Part shown: positions 42,443 to 50,720 of the stretch, in pieces
Layout of the letters: each line of letters starts with the position of its first letter
Position numbering within the stretch: position 1 is the first letter of the stretch
NCBI GenBank assembly: GCA_022711155.1
Contig: JAKLFO010000001.1
Location: 1 to 50,720 of the forward strand
From: Candidatus Bipolaricaulota bacterium
GTDB lineage: Bacteria; Bipolaricaulota; Bipolaricaulia; UBA7950; UBA9294
Direction: 5' to 3'
Length of the DNA stretch: 50,720 nucleotides
Translations under genes and position numbers: made by a program
The notes under the pieces: model-generated
What the model saw: only the letters and a program-made list of their open reading frames with translations
What the model was told of the DNA's origin: nothing
Database searches by the model: none

Positions 42443-43870
42443 ATGGAAAGGCAGATTCATATAGAGCCAGTCACGCGAATCGAGGGACACGGGAAGATCA
42501 CCGTGTTCCTTGACGCCAAGGGCGACGTGCGCGACGCCCAGTTCCACGTGACCGAGCTGAGAGGTTTCGAGCAGTTCTGTGTCGGCCGGACGCTGTGGGA
42601 GATGCCCGGCCTCACGGCCCGCATCTGCGGGATCTGCCCGGTGAGCCACATCCTCGCGTCGGCCAAGGCGTGCGACGCGATCCTCGCCGTCCAGATCCCT
42701 CCTGCGGCCACGCTCCTTCGCCGGCTGATGAACGCCGGACAGCTCGTCCAGTCGCACGCGCTCAGCTACTTCTACCTGTCCGCGCCGGACTTCCTGCTCG
42801 GCTGGGACTCGGACCCGGCGACGCGCAACGTCATCGGGCTCGTCGCGGCCGACCCCGTGCTGGCCCGCAAGGGGATCCGGCTGCGCGCGTTCGGCCAGGA
42901 AATCATCGATCGACTCGGCGGCAAGCGAATCCACCCCGGCTGGGCCGTGCCGGGCGGCGTGAACCAGGCGCTGCCGGAGACCGACCGCGCGTGGATGCTC
43001 GAGCGCCTTCCCGAAGCTCTTGCAACGACCCAGGAGGCATTGGCCCTGTTCAAGTCGACGTTTGGCGACGTCGAGGACCGGGACGTCCTGACCGACTTCC
43101 CGAGCATGTACATGGGACTCGTTCGTCCGGATGGAGCGTGGGAGCACTACGCCGGCGTCCTGCGGATCGTCGACTCGAAGGGCAAAGTCGTCGAGCCGGG
43201 CTACGATCCGGCCCGCTACTACGAGATCATCCAGGAGGCGTCGGAGCCCTGGACCTACCTCAAGTTCCCGCACTACGTCCCGAAGGGGTACCCGAAAGGC
43301 ATGTACCGCGTCGGGCCGCTGGGGCGCGTCAACGCCTGCGACCACTTCGCGACGCCGCTCGCCCAGGCGGAGCTCGAGGAGTTCCGCGAGCGCTCGGGCG
43401 GCCGCTCGGGACGCGTGTTCGACTACCACTACGCGCGTCTGATCGAGATCCTCGCGTCCGTCGAGGAGATCGGCGAGCTACTGGCCGACGACCGCATCAC
43501 GTCGACCGAGATCCGCGCCCAGGCGGGGATCAACGTGCGCGAAGGCGTCGGCGTGCATGAAGCGCCGCGCGGAACGCTGATCCACCACTATTGGGTCGAC
43601 GGAAACGGCGTGATCGAGAAACTCAACCTCATCGTGTCGACCGGGCACAACAACCTGGCGATGAATCGGGCCGTCCGCGAGATCGCCAAGACGTACATCA
43701 AGAAGGGCAAGGTGAGCGAGGGGATGCTGAACCGCATCGAAGGCGGCATCCGCGCCTACGACCCCTGCCTCTCCTGCTCGGTCCATGCCGTGGGGAAGAT
43801 GCCGCTCGCCGTCGAGATCGTGGATGCGCAGGGCGACGTCGTGACGACGCTCGCGCGCGACGATCGGTAG
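42443..43870 (+). CDS. hoxH: [NiFe]-hydrogenase large subunit.
   Basis: The N-terminal nickel-binding motif is [10 protein letters not shown]. The C-terminal motif DPCLSCSVH is followed by a 27-aa tail that would be removed during maturation. Confidence 0.93.
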   Translation: MERQIHIEPVTRIEGHGKITVFLDAKGDVRDAQFHVTELRGFEQFCVGRTLWEMPGLTARICGICPVSHILASAKACDAILAVQIPPAATLLRRLMNAGQLVQSHALSYFYLSAPDFLLGWDSDPATRNVIGLVAADPVLARKGIRLRAFGQEIIDRLGGKRIHPGWAVPGGVNQALPETDRAWMLERLPEALATTQEALALFKSTFGDVEDRDVLTDFPSMYMGLVRPDGAWEHYAGVLRIVDSKGKVVEPGYDPARYYEIIQEASEPWTYLKFPHYVPKGYPKGMYRVGPLGRVNACDHFATPLAQAELEEFRERSGGRSGRVFDYHYARLIEILASVEEIGELLADDRITSTEIRAQAGINVREGVGVHEAPRGTLIHHYWVDGNGVIEKLNLIVSTGHNNLAMNRAVREIAKTYIKKGKVSEGMLNRIEGGIRAYDPCLSCSVHAVGKMPLAVEIVDAQGDVVTTLARDDR

Positions 43871-43874
43871 AGAG

Positions 43875-44312
43875 ATGGATCTCGTGGTGGGCGTCGGAAA
43901 CGAACTGCGGAGTGACGACGGAGTCGGAGCGCGCATCGTGCGAGCGCTGCCGGCGCAACCGGGCGTCGAGACGGACGTCGTGCACCAACTCACGTTCGAT
44001 CTCACCGACGCGGTCGGCCGCGCCCGGCGCGTCTTGTTCGTCGATGCGCACGCTGAAGAGACGCACCTGCGCCTCTCTCGCGTGTCTCCGCACGGCGCGG
44101 TCCAAGGGATCGGTCACGCCCTGGCTCCAGAGGCCCTGCTTGCCTGGACGTCGGCTGCCTGCGGCCGTGCGCCCGACGCGTGGGTGCTCAGCGTCCCGGC
44201 GCAGTCATTCGACATCGGCGAGGAACTCAGTCCGGACGTCGTGCGAGGCCTGCCGGCAGCAGAGCAGGCCGTGCTCGATTGGCTTAGAGACCCCGAACCG
44301 AGCGATGAGTAG
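43875..44312 (+). CDS. hoxW: Hydrogenase maturation endopeptidase.
   Basis: The GVGNELRSDDGVG motif is present. The gene lies immediately downstream of hoxH. Confidence 0.85.
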   Translation: MDLVVGVGNELRSDDGVGARIVRALPAQPGVETDVVHQLTFDLTDAVGRARRVLFVDAHAEETHLRLSRVSPHGAVQGIGHALAPEALLAWTSAACGRAPDAWVLSVPAQSFDIGEELSPDVVRGLPAAEQAVLDWLRDPEPSDE

Positions 44313-44324
44313 TTGGGAGGACGC

Positions 44325-44786
44325 ATGAACGAGCTCTTGAAGAAGTACCCGCCGGCGCCGGAGTCTCTTCTCGACATCCTGCACGATCTGCAGGCCGCGG
44401 AGCCGCGGCACTATCTCACCCGCGACGCGCTGCGCGCCGCCGCCGAGTACGTGGACGTGCCGCTATCGGACGTCGTGAGCACTGCCACGTTCTACTCGAT
44501 GTACAGCCTGTCGCCGCGAGGGCGGCACATCGTCCGGGTCTGCGAATCGCCCCCGTGCCAGCTCGTGGGCGCCGATTCGCTGATCGAGATCCTGACTGCG
44601 CATCTCAGCGTCGCCGTCGGCGGGACGACCGTGGACGGAGCGTTCACGCTCGAGACGACGAGCTGCCTCGGCGTCTGTGGCGTCGCGCCGGCGATGATGG
44701 TGGACGACGAGCTCTACGGCAATCTGACCAAGGAGAAGGTGCTCGGCGTGATCGCCGACGTGAGGGGGAGAGATGCCGCGAGCTAG
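44325..44786 (+). CDS. NuoE/HoxE-like [2Fe-2S] subunit (copy 2).
   Basis: GGGAGG lies upstream of the ATG at 44325. VRVCESPPCQLVG...TSCLGVCGVAPAMMV retains all four cysteines. Confidence 0.85.
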   Translation: MNELLKKYPPAPESLLDILHDLQAAEPRHYLTRDALRAAAEYVDVPLSDVVSTATFYSMYSLSPRGRHIVRVCESPPCQLVGADSLIEILTAHLSVAVGGTTVDGAFTLETTSCLGVCGVAPAMMVDDELYGNLTKEKVLGVIADVRGRDAAS

Positions 44787-46353
44787 AGGGCACGTCCTGA
44801 TCGCCGTCAACGAGGAAGCCCTGCTCGCCGGAGCGAGGCAGGTCGGCCGCGCGCTCGGCGAGCACCTGGCGAAAGAGGGTCTGGCAGAGGAAATCCGAGT
44901 CATCGAGACCGGAGACGTCGGGGTTGCCGGCCGCGGCGTTGTGCTCGTCGTGTACCCCGACGGCGTGCGGTACGGCAACGTGACGCCCCACGATGTCGGG
45001 GAGATCGTGCGCGAACATCTGCTCAAAGGGCGCCCGGTTGAGCGGCTGCGACTCGCCGCGGGAGCAGCGCGTGGCGCGTGGTCCGTGGAGCGCCAAGTGA
45101 GAATCGTGCTCGAGAACTGCGGCAGGATCGACCCGGAGAGCCTGGATGAAGCGATCGCCGCGGGTGCCTACGAGGCCATCGCGCGTCTTCTCGAAACCAA
45201 GCGTCCGCCGGCCGACGTCATCGCCGAAGTGAAGCGCTCGGGCCTGCGCGGCCGCGGCGGCGCCGGATTTCCCACCGGACTCAAGTGGTCTTTCACGGCC
45301 CCGGGCGACAGGAAGTACGTCGTCTGCAACGCCGATGAAGGAGAGCCAGGAACGTTCAAGGATCGCCTGATCCTCGAGGGGGATCCGCACCGGCTGCTCG
45401 AGGGCATGATGATCGCCGCGTACGCGGTGGGCGCAAGGCAGGGATACGTGTACGTCCGGGGAGAGTACGGACTCTCGATTCGGCGCCTGCAGAAAGCGAT
45501 CGACGATGCCCGCGCCGCCGGACTCCTCGGCGAGCGGGTCCTCGAGTCGCCCTTCTCGTTCGACGTCGAGATCAAGAAGGGCGCCGGCGCGTACGTGTGC
45601 GGCGAGGAGACCTCGCTCATCGAGTCCATCGAGGGCAAGCGCGGCTACCCGCGGCTCAAGCCGCCGTATCCAGGCGCGGCCGGACTGTGGAAGAAGCCGA
45701 CCGTCGTGAATAACGTCGAGACGCTCGCCAACGTCCCGCCCATCCTCTTGCGCGGCGCCGACTGGTTCCGCGGCTTCGGAACGGAGAAGAGCCCGGGGAC
45801 GAAGGTCTACACGATCCTCGGCCACGTGCGAAACCCCGGCCTGATCGAGGTCGAGATGGGAACTCCCTTGCGCACGATCCTCGACGAGTACGGCGGCGGC
45901 GTCCGCGACGGCAAGCGGTTCAAGGCCGCCCTTCTGGGAGGCGCGGCCGGCGCCGTGATCGGGGCGCAGGGCCTTGACGTGCCGATGGACTTCGACGGCC
46001 CCAAGGAGTACGCGGCCGTTCTCGGCTCGGGCGCGATTCTCGTCCTCGATGAGGACTCCTCGATCGTCGAGCTCCTGCACGGCATCCTCCGCTTCTTCCG
46101 TCACGAGTCCTGCGGCCAGTGCGCGCCGTGCCGCGGCGGCACCGTCGCCCTGGTAGAGCTGTCCGAGCGCATTCGCTCCGGATGCGGCACGCGGGACGAC
46201 CTGGACCGCATGGTCCACATCGCGAAGGCGATGCAGGCCGCGTCGCTCTGTCCGCTCGGCCAGTCGCCCATCCTGCCCGTGCAGACGGCGATCAACACGT
46301 TCCACGGCGAGTTCGAGGCGCGCTTCGCGGAGCGCGGCGACTGCAAGGCATAG
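44773..46353 (+). CDS. NuoF/HoxF-like FMN/NADH subunit (copy 2) with a cysteine-less N-terminal ferredoxin-fold domain.
   Basis: GLRGRGGAGFPTGLKW, CNADEGEPGTF and ESCGQCAPCR...SLCPLGQ are present. The N-terminus (VLIAVNEEALLAGA...ETGDVGVAGRGVVLVVYP) aligns to copy 1 with all four cysteines substituted. Confidence 0.9.
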   Translation: MPRARGHVLIAVNEEALLAGARQVGRALGEHLAKEGLAEEIRVIETGDVGVAGRGVVLVVYPDGVRYGNVTPHDVGEIVREHLLKGRPVERLRLAAGAARGAWSVERQVRIVLENCGRIDPESLDEAIAAGAYEAIARLLETKRPPADVIAEVKRSGLRGRGGAGFPTGLKWSFTAPGDRKYVVCNADEGEPGTFKDRLILEGDPHRLLEGMMIAAYAVGARQGYVYVRGEYGLSIRRLQKAIDDARAAGLLGERVLESPFSFDVEIKKGAGAYVCGEETSLIESIEGKRGYPRLKPPYPGAAGLWKKPTVVNNVETLANVPPILLRGADWFRGFGTEKSPGTKVYTILGHVRNPGLIEVEMGTPLRTILDEYGGGVRDGKRFKAALLGGAAGAVIGAQGLDVPMDFDGPKEYAAVLGSGAILVLDEDSSIVELLHGILRFFRHESCGQCAPCRGGTVALVELSERIRSGCGTRDDLDRMVHIAKAMQAASLCPLGQSPILPVQTAINTFHGEFEARFAERGDCKA

Positions 46354-46369
46354 CCTGTCGGACGCCCGG

Positions 46370-46400
46370 CCCCGCGGCGCCGTACGGGCGGACCGCGGGG
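46370..46400 (+). terminator. Terminator-like hairpin after the hydrogenase block.
   Basis: CCCCGCGG...CCGCGGGG forms an 8-bp stem with inner CGCC/GGCG pairing. It is followed by TCGCCCTCTCTT. Confidence 0.5.
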
Positions 46401-46489
46401 TCGCCCTCTCTTGCCCCGCGGCCTCAGCTCGTGTTGCAGCGCCAACCCCGTCTTGAGTACAAAGGGACATGGAGAATCCGGGAGGTCCA

Positions 46490-47980
46490 ATGGCACGCCG
46501 CATCCACATGGAGCCCTCGAGGACTCTGACCGAGTTCCGCCTGCTCCCCGGGCTCACGACGCGCGAGACGTCGATCGAGAACGTCCACCTCGCGAGCCCG
46601 CTCGTCGTCCGCCCAGACGGAGGCGTCATCTCCCTCACGACGCCGGTGCTGGCTGCGGCAATGCAGTCCGTGTCGGGAAGCCGTATGGGGATAGAGCTGG
46701 CACGGCTCGGAGGCGCGGCCGTCGTCTACTGCTCCCAGCCGATCGCGGCCGAAGCGGAGATGGTCGCGAAGATCAAGGCGCACAAGGCTGGGTTCGTCGA
46801 GCCCCGCACAATCGGGCCGGACACGCCGCTGCGCGAGGTGGACGCTCTGCGTCGCCGCGAGGGCTACTCGACGTTTCCCGTGGTCGACTCGCAGGGCCGC
46901 CTCCTCGGCCTCATCACGCGGCGCGACTACGACGCGCGCATCCACGGCGACGTCCCGGCGCGCGAACGCATGGTTCCCCGCGCCCAGCTCGACGTCGGCG
47001 TGTCGCTCACGGATCTCGAGGCGGCGAACGCGATCCTCATCGAGGGGCACCGCGCTGTCCTTCCCATCGTCGACGGCGACGACCACTTGCTGTCCCTCGT
47101 CTTCCGGAAGGACATCGAAGATCACCTCGACAACCCCGACCAGGTCGTGGACGAGAAGAAACGGCTCCTTGCCGTCGCCGCGATCAACACCCACGACTAC
47201 CGCGAGCGCGTCCCCGCGCTCGTCGAGGCGGGCGTCGATGTCCTCGCCGTCGATTCCTCCGACGGACACACGGTCTTCCAAAAGGAAGCTCTGGAGTGGG
47301 TGCACCGGCATGCACCGCACCTTCCCGTGATCGGCGGCAACGTCATCACGGGAGAAGGCTTCGACTACCTCATCGCGTCCGGCGCGGGAGCCGTGAAGGT
47401 CGGCATGGGCGGCGGCTCCATCTGCATCACGCAGGAGCAGAAGGGCACGGGGCGCGGCCTCGCGACCGCGGTGATGCAGGTCGTTGCGGCGCGCGACCGG
47501 TACCGCGCCGAGACCGGCACCCACATTCCGGTCATCGCCGACGGCGGAATCGTCAACTCGAAGGACGCGGTCATCGCGCTCGCGCTGGGAGCGGATGCCG
47601 TCATGATGGGACGCTTCTTCGCACGGATGGAGGAATCGCCAACCGAGACGGTGAACATCAACGACCGCGTGATGAAGCCGTACTGGGGCGAGGGCTCGGC
47701 CCGCGCTCGGGAATGGAGCCCGGCCCGCTACCGCCAAGCCGCGTTCGTCGAGGGCGTCGAGGGGTTCGTCGAGTACGCGGGCAAGCTGCGCGACAACCTG
47801 CCCCTCTTCGTGAGCAAGGTGAGATCGGCACTCGCGTCGTGCGGTTGCCGCACCATCGGCGAGCTGCACGCGAACGCGGAACTGGAGCTCGTCTCTGCTC
47901 TCGCGATCCGCGAGGGCAAGGTGCACGACATCCTCCAGCTCGGCGGCGAGGCGGACTCCCTCTCGAGCTGGAGTTCGTAG
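46490..47980 (+). CDS. guaB: IMP dehydrogenase family protein with a CBS pair (variant catalytic loop).
   Basis: GGGAGG lies 5 nt upstream of the ATG at 46490. The catalytic-loop region is [23 protein letters not shown] pair ([36 protein letters not shown]) and IADGGI are present. Confidence 0.85.
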   Translation: MARRIHMEPSRTLTEFRLLPGLTTRETSIENVHLASPLVVRPDGGVISLTTPVLAAAMQSVSGSRMGIELARLGGAAVVYCSQPIAAEAEMVAKIKAHKAGFVEPRTIGPDTPLREVDALRRREGYSTFPVVDSQGRLLGLITRRDYDARIHGDVPARERMVPRAQLDVGVSLTDLEAANAILIEGHRAVLPIVDGDDHLLSLVFRKDIEDHLDNPDQVVDEKKRLLAVAAINTHDYRERVPALVEAGVDVLAVDSSDGHTVFQKEALEWVHRHAPHLPVIGGNVITGEGFDYLIASGAGAVKVGMGGGSICITQEQKGTGRGLATAVMQVVAARDRYRAETGTHIPVIADGGIVNSKDAVIALALGADAVMMGRFFARMEESPTETVNINDRVMKPYWGEGSARAREWSPARYRQAAFVEGVEGFVEYAGKLRDNLPLFVSKVRSALASCGCRTIGELHANAELELVSALAIREGKVHDILQLGGEADSLSSWSS

Positions 47981-47988
47981 GAGGCAGC

Positions 47989-49353
47989 ATGCGCGAGATC
48001 TCTCCGTTGGATGGGCGATACGCCGACCAGGTCAGCCGCCTCGGGGAGTACTTCTCCGAGCACGCTCTCATGCAAGCTCGTTGTGATGTCGAGCTTGCCT
48101 ACCTCCTCGCGCTCGACGAGACGAAGCTCCTGCCGCGCCTCTCCGCGGCCGAGCGCGGGCGCGTCGAGGCGGCGCGCGGGACGCTTGCCGACGCCGCGTT
48201 CGCGCGAATCAAGGAGATCGAGCGAGCGACACAGCACGACGTGAAGGCCTGCGAGCTCTTTCTGCGAGAGAAGCTCGCGCTTGCCCACCCGAACCTGATC
48301 CACTTCGGGCTCACCTCGGAAGACGCGACGAACCTCGCGTACGGACTCCTCCTCTCGCGATATCGAAGCTCCGAACAGCTCCCACAGCTGCGCCGAATCG
48401 TCACCGCGCTCGCCGACCTCGCCGAGCGGTGGAGCGCGGCCGTCTTCCCGGCGCGCACGCACGGCCAGCCGGCATCGCCGACCACGTTCGGCAAAGAGAT
48501 CGCCGTCTTCGTCTCCCGCCTCGTACGGCAGGGAAGGCAGCTCGACGCGTTCCGCTTCCGTGGCAAGTTCGCGGGCGCGACGGGCACCCACGCGGCGCTC
48601 GCGGCCGCCTTCCCAACCTACGACTGGATCGCGTTCGCCGAGCGGTTTGTAGCGTCGCTCGGGCTGGAGTTCGTCGCTTGCTCGACGCAGATCGACGACG
48701 GGGACGGGCTCGCCGAGTACTTCGGCATCGTGACGCGCCAGAACGGCATCCTCCTCGACCTCAACCTCGACCTGTGGGAGTACATTTCGCGCGGCGACGT
48801 CGTCCAGGCCGCGGTCTCCGGGGAAGTGGGGTCGTCGACGATGCCCCACAAGGTGAACCCGATCCACTTCGAGAACAGCGAAGGCAACCTCGTGCTCTCG
48901 ACCGCCATGCTCCACGCGCTGTCCGACAAGCTGACCCACTCGCGCATGCAACGCGACCTCTCCGACTCCTCCGTCAAGAGGTCGATCGGCGTCGCGCTCG
49001 CCCACGCCTACCTCGCCGGGGAGCAGACCCTGAAGGGACTCGGCCGCGTGTCGCTCGACGAAGGGGCGGCGCGCGCCCACGTCGAGACGGCGCCGGAGAC
49101 CCTGACGGAGGGGTACCAGACGATCTTGCGCGCGGCGGGAGTCGAGGATCCGTACGAAAAGCTCCGCGCGGCCGCGCGCGGCCGATCACTCGGACTCGCT
49201 GAGCTCCACGCTTGGGTCGAGACGCTCGACCTCGCACCCGACGTGCGACGCCGGCTCCTCGGCCTGCGCCCCACCGAGTACGTTGGGGTCGCGTCCGACA
49301 TAGCCCGCCGCGCCGTGGCCGACGCCCGGCAGTGGCTGCGCGCCGCGGGATAG
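47989..49353 (+). CDS. purB: Adenylosuccinate lyase.
   Basis: The protein begins MREISPLDGRYADQV and carries the fumarate-lyase signature GSSTMPHKVNP. The track ORF from 46411 is an out-of-frame extension across guaB. Confidence 0.92.
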   Translation: MREISPLDGRYADQVSRLGEYFSEHALMQARCDVELAYLLALDETKLLPRLSAAERGRVEAARGTLADAAFARIKEIERATQHDVKACELFLREKLALAHPNLIHFGLTSEDATNLAYGLLLSRYRSSEQLPQLRRIVTALADLAERWSAAVFPARTHGQPASPTTFGKEIAVFVSRLVRQGRQLDAFRFRGKFAGATGTHAALAAAFPTYDWIAFAERFVASLGLEFVACSTQIDDGDGLAEYFGIVTRQNGILLDLNLDLWEYISRGDVVQAAVSGEVGSSTMPHKVNPIHFENSEGNLVLSTAMLHALSDKLTHSRMQRDLSDSSVKRSIGVALAHAYLAGEQTLKGLGRVSLDEGAARAHVETAPETLTEGYQTILRAAGVEDPYEKLRAAARGRSLGLAELHAWVETLDLAPDVRRRLLGLRPTEYVGVASDIARRAVADARQWLRAAG

Positions 49354-49601
49354 CGCCGCACGCCGGCTTGCGCGCCAGCGCCGCCCATTCATTCCCAGGC
49401 TGAGACAGCCGTCACCTCGCCGCCCCCCACCGGTTCCGATTCAGCCTGTGACGAAGATCACACCCGCACCCGCCGACCGTCACGCTCGTCACAGAGCGCC
49501 AGCGGTAGCCTCTCGTCAGCCTGGCTGAGAGGGTCGGCAGACGCGCTGCCGGCACGCGGCACCGGCTGTCTGTCGCTCGACGCGAGAAGGGAGTGGTGCG
49601 A

Positions 49602-50666
49602 ATGGCACAGCGAATCGGTTCATGGGGGAAGACGTCCAGGGTGGGTTCGCTCTTGGCGGTCGCCATCCTCATCCTCGCGGCGAGCACCGCGTGGGCGGAG
49701 GAGCCGTGCGGCAAGCTGCCCGACCTGTGGTTTCCGGAGCCCGGCGTCGTCCTCTCCGGAGGCGTGACGTCCGTACAGGAGACCTCGGGCGACGTCTGCG
49801 AGGGCGGCACGATCACGATCACCGTGACGATCGACAACCTGAGCTGCGGCGACGCCGCCGCGTTCGACGTCTCCGCGTATTGGGACAACACGTCCCACCT
49901 GATCGGCACCAAGCACGTCGCGGGACTTCCAGGGTGCGAGTTCGTCAAGCTGACGTTCACGTGGGACACCGACGACGTTCCTCCCGGCACCCATACGATC
50001 CTGGTCGTCACCGACTCCGGCAAGATCGTTCGCGAGCTGAACGAGGGCAACAACCAGGAGACGTTCGACGTCCTAGTTCGCCCGAACGATCCACTGGTCG
50101 AGGCGACCAAAGAGGCCGTGGACATCGACGGAGGCGCACCGGCCGGCGGCGACACGATCCGCTATGAGATCGAGATCACGAACCTGGGCTGCGCCGACCT
50201 CGAGAACGGTCCCGGCCACGAGTTCACCGACACGCTGCCCGCCGGCCTGACGGCGACGGGCACGGTCCAGGCGGACCGGGGCACGGTCAGCCTCGCTGGC
50301 AACGTGATCGTCTGGGATGGATCGATTCCCGCTGGGGGCACGGTTCGCATCCTGTTCAAGGCGCGAATCGCCGACGACGTCGAAGCGGGAACCACGCTCT
50401 GCAACCAAGGCGTCGTCAGCTGGGACTCGGACGATGACGGCATCGCGGACTCGAGCGAGCCGACCGACGACCCGAGCACGCCCGAAGACGACGATCCGAC
50501 CTGCCTGACCGTCGACGAAGCGCCGCAGCCGATCCCGCTGACAGGCACGATCGACGCCCCCACCCTCAGCGAGTGGGGAATGATCGGCCTCTCGATCGCC
50601 TTCGCCCTCGCGTTTGGCTGGCAGATGTGGAGGCGGAGAGCGCGCCAAGCGAGGAGCCACTCGTGA
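49602..50666 (+). CDS. Secreted surface protein with a CARDB domain, a DUF11-like domain and an IPTL-CTERM sorting signal.
   Basis: AAGGGAG lies upstream of the ATG at 49602. The signal peptide reads LLAVAILILAASTAWAEE. CARDB-like segments are TITITVTIDNLSCG...LNEGNNQ. The DUF11-like segment is GDTIRYEIEITNLG. The C-terminus is APTLSEWGMIGLSIAFALAFGWQMWRRRARQ. Confidence 0.8.
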   Translation: MAQRIGSWGKTSRVGSLLAVAILILAASTAWAEEPCGKLPDLWFPEPGVVLSGGVTSVQETSGDVCEGGTITITVTIDNLSCGDAAAFDVSAYWDNTSHLIGTKHVAGLPGCEFVKLTFTWDTDDVPPGTHTILVVTDSGKIVRELNEGNNQETFDVLVRPNDPLVEATKEAVDIDGGAPAGGDTIRYEIEITNLGCADLENGPGHEFTDTLPAGLTATGTVQADRGTVSLAGNVIVWDGSIPAGGTVRILFKARIADDVEAGTTLCNQGVVSWDSDDDGIADSSEPTDDPSTPEDDDPTCLTVDEAPQPIPLTGTIDAPTLSEWGMIGLSIAFALAFGWQMWRRRARQARSHS

Positions 50667-50720
50667 TCGTGAAGAGACACGGGCAGACGCCTGGCTGGCG
50701 ACGCGCGGCCGCTTCGATCG

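Noticed and set aside
44644-46638. A 664-aa minus-strand ORF.
   Set aside because: It is antisense to NuoE2 and NuoF2. It has the same arginine/alanine/glycine-rich shadow-frame composition.
46411-49353. A 980-aa plus-strand ORF suggesting a large fusion protein.
   Set aside because: Only the last 454 codons (from the ATG at 47989, preceded by GGAGG) encode adenylosuccinate lyase. The upstream part is an arginine/proline-rich alternative frame over the guaB-like gene. The same applies to 26509..28242 (pstA), 27675..29066 (pstB), 32427..34574 (apgM), 31759..32952 (fumarase beta), 3644..5959 (ABC exporter) and 8049..9773 (CrtI-like).
50663-50720. A possible new CDS starting with a GTGA overlap at the end of the IPTL-CTERM gene (VIVKRHGQTPGW...).
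   Set aside because: Only 19 codons lie within the window, which is too short to support a call.
1-50720. CRISPR arrays, rRNA or tRNA genes, transposases and integrases.
   Set aside because: I found no regularly spaced direct repeats, no rRNA- or tRNA-like sequences, and no ORF with DDE transposase, tyrosine recombinase or serine recombinase motifs on either strand.

Overview
This is a high-G+C bacterial chromosomal segment. Spot counts give about 72% G+C in ordinary coding lines. Genes are tightly packed, often overlap by 4 or 8 nt, and have clear GGAGG-type ribosome-binding sites. Many long arginine/alanine/proline-rich ORFs in the track are antisense or out-of-frame shadows typical of high-G+C DNA, and I rejected them.

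Genes from left to right:
- A membrane-anchored OmpR-type winged-helix regulator flanked by two secreted helical proteins.
- An S10 serine carboxypeptidase.
- A heterodimeric ABC exporter pair.
- A zinc-ribbon membrane protein, a CrtI-like flavoprotein and a large flotillin/SPFH protein.
- A GNAT-methyltransferase fusion and a cyclase-family hydrolase.
- A translationally coupled five-gene unit: xanthine-dehydrogenase-family FAD, 2Fe-2S and molybdenum subunits, then FdrA and DUF1116.
- A roughly 2 kb low-G+C islet bounded by a 19/23-bp direct repeat. It carries a lipoprotein and a HEPN-like protein resembling AbiV/DUF5677.
- A small accessory stretch with a PNPOx-family protein, an orphan Lar-family restriction-alleviation gene and an ArsC/LMW-PTP.
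- pstSCAB with a convergent AbrB-PhoU regulator.
- Malic enzyme, a two-subunit class I fumarase and archaeal-type apgM.
- A 14-gene [NiFe]-hydrogenase block, followed by guaB-like, purB and a CARDB/DUF11 surface protein with an IPTL-CTERM sorting signal.

The best candidate for a new system is the hydrogenase block at 34586..46353. It has a group-3d-like HoxU/Y/H/W core served by two separate NuoE/NuoF modules. One NuoF is fused in-frame to a GltD/NfnB-like NADPH-FAD oxidoreductase. Two of the three thioredoxin-like ferredoxin modules have lost all cluster cysteines. A five-gene DRTGG/HATPase/PHP cassette precedes the structural genes. I saw no rRNA genes, tRNA genes or CRISPR arrays.
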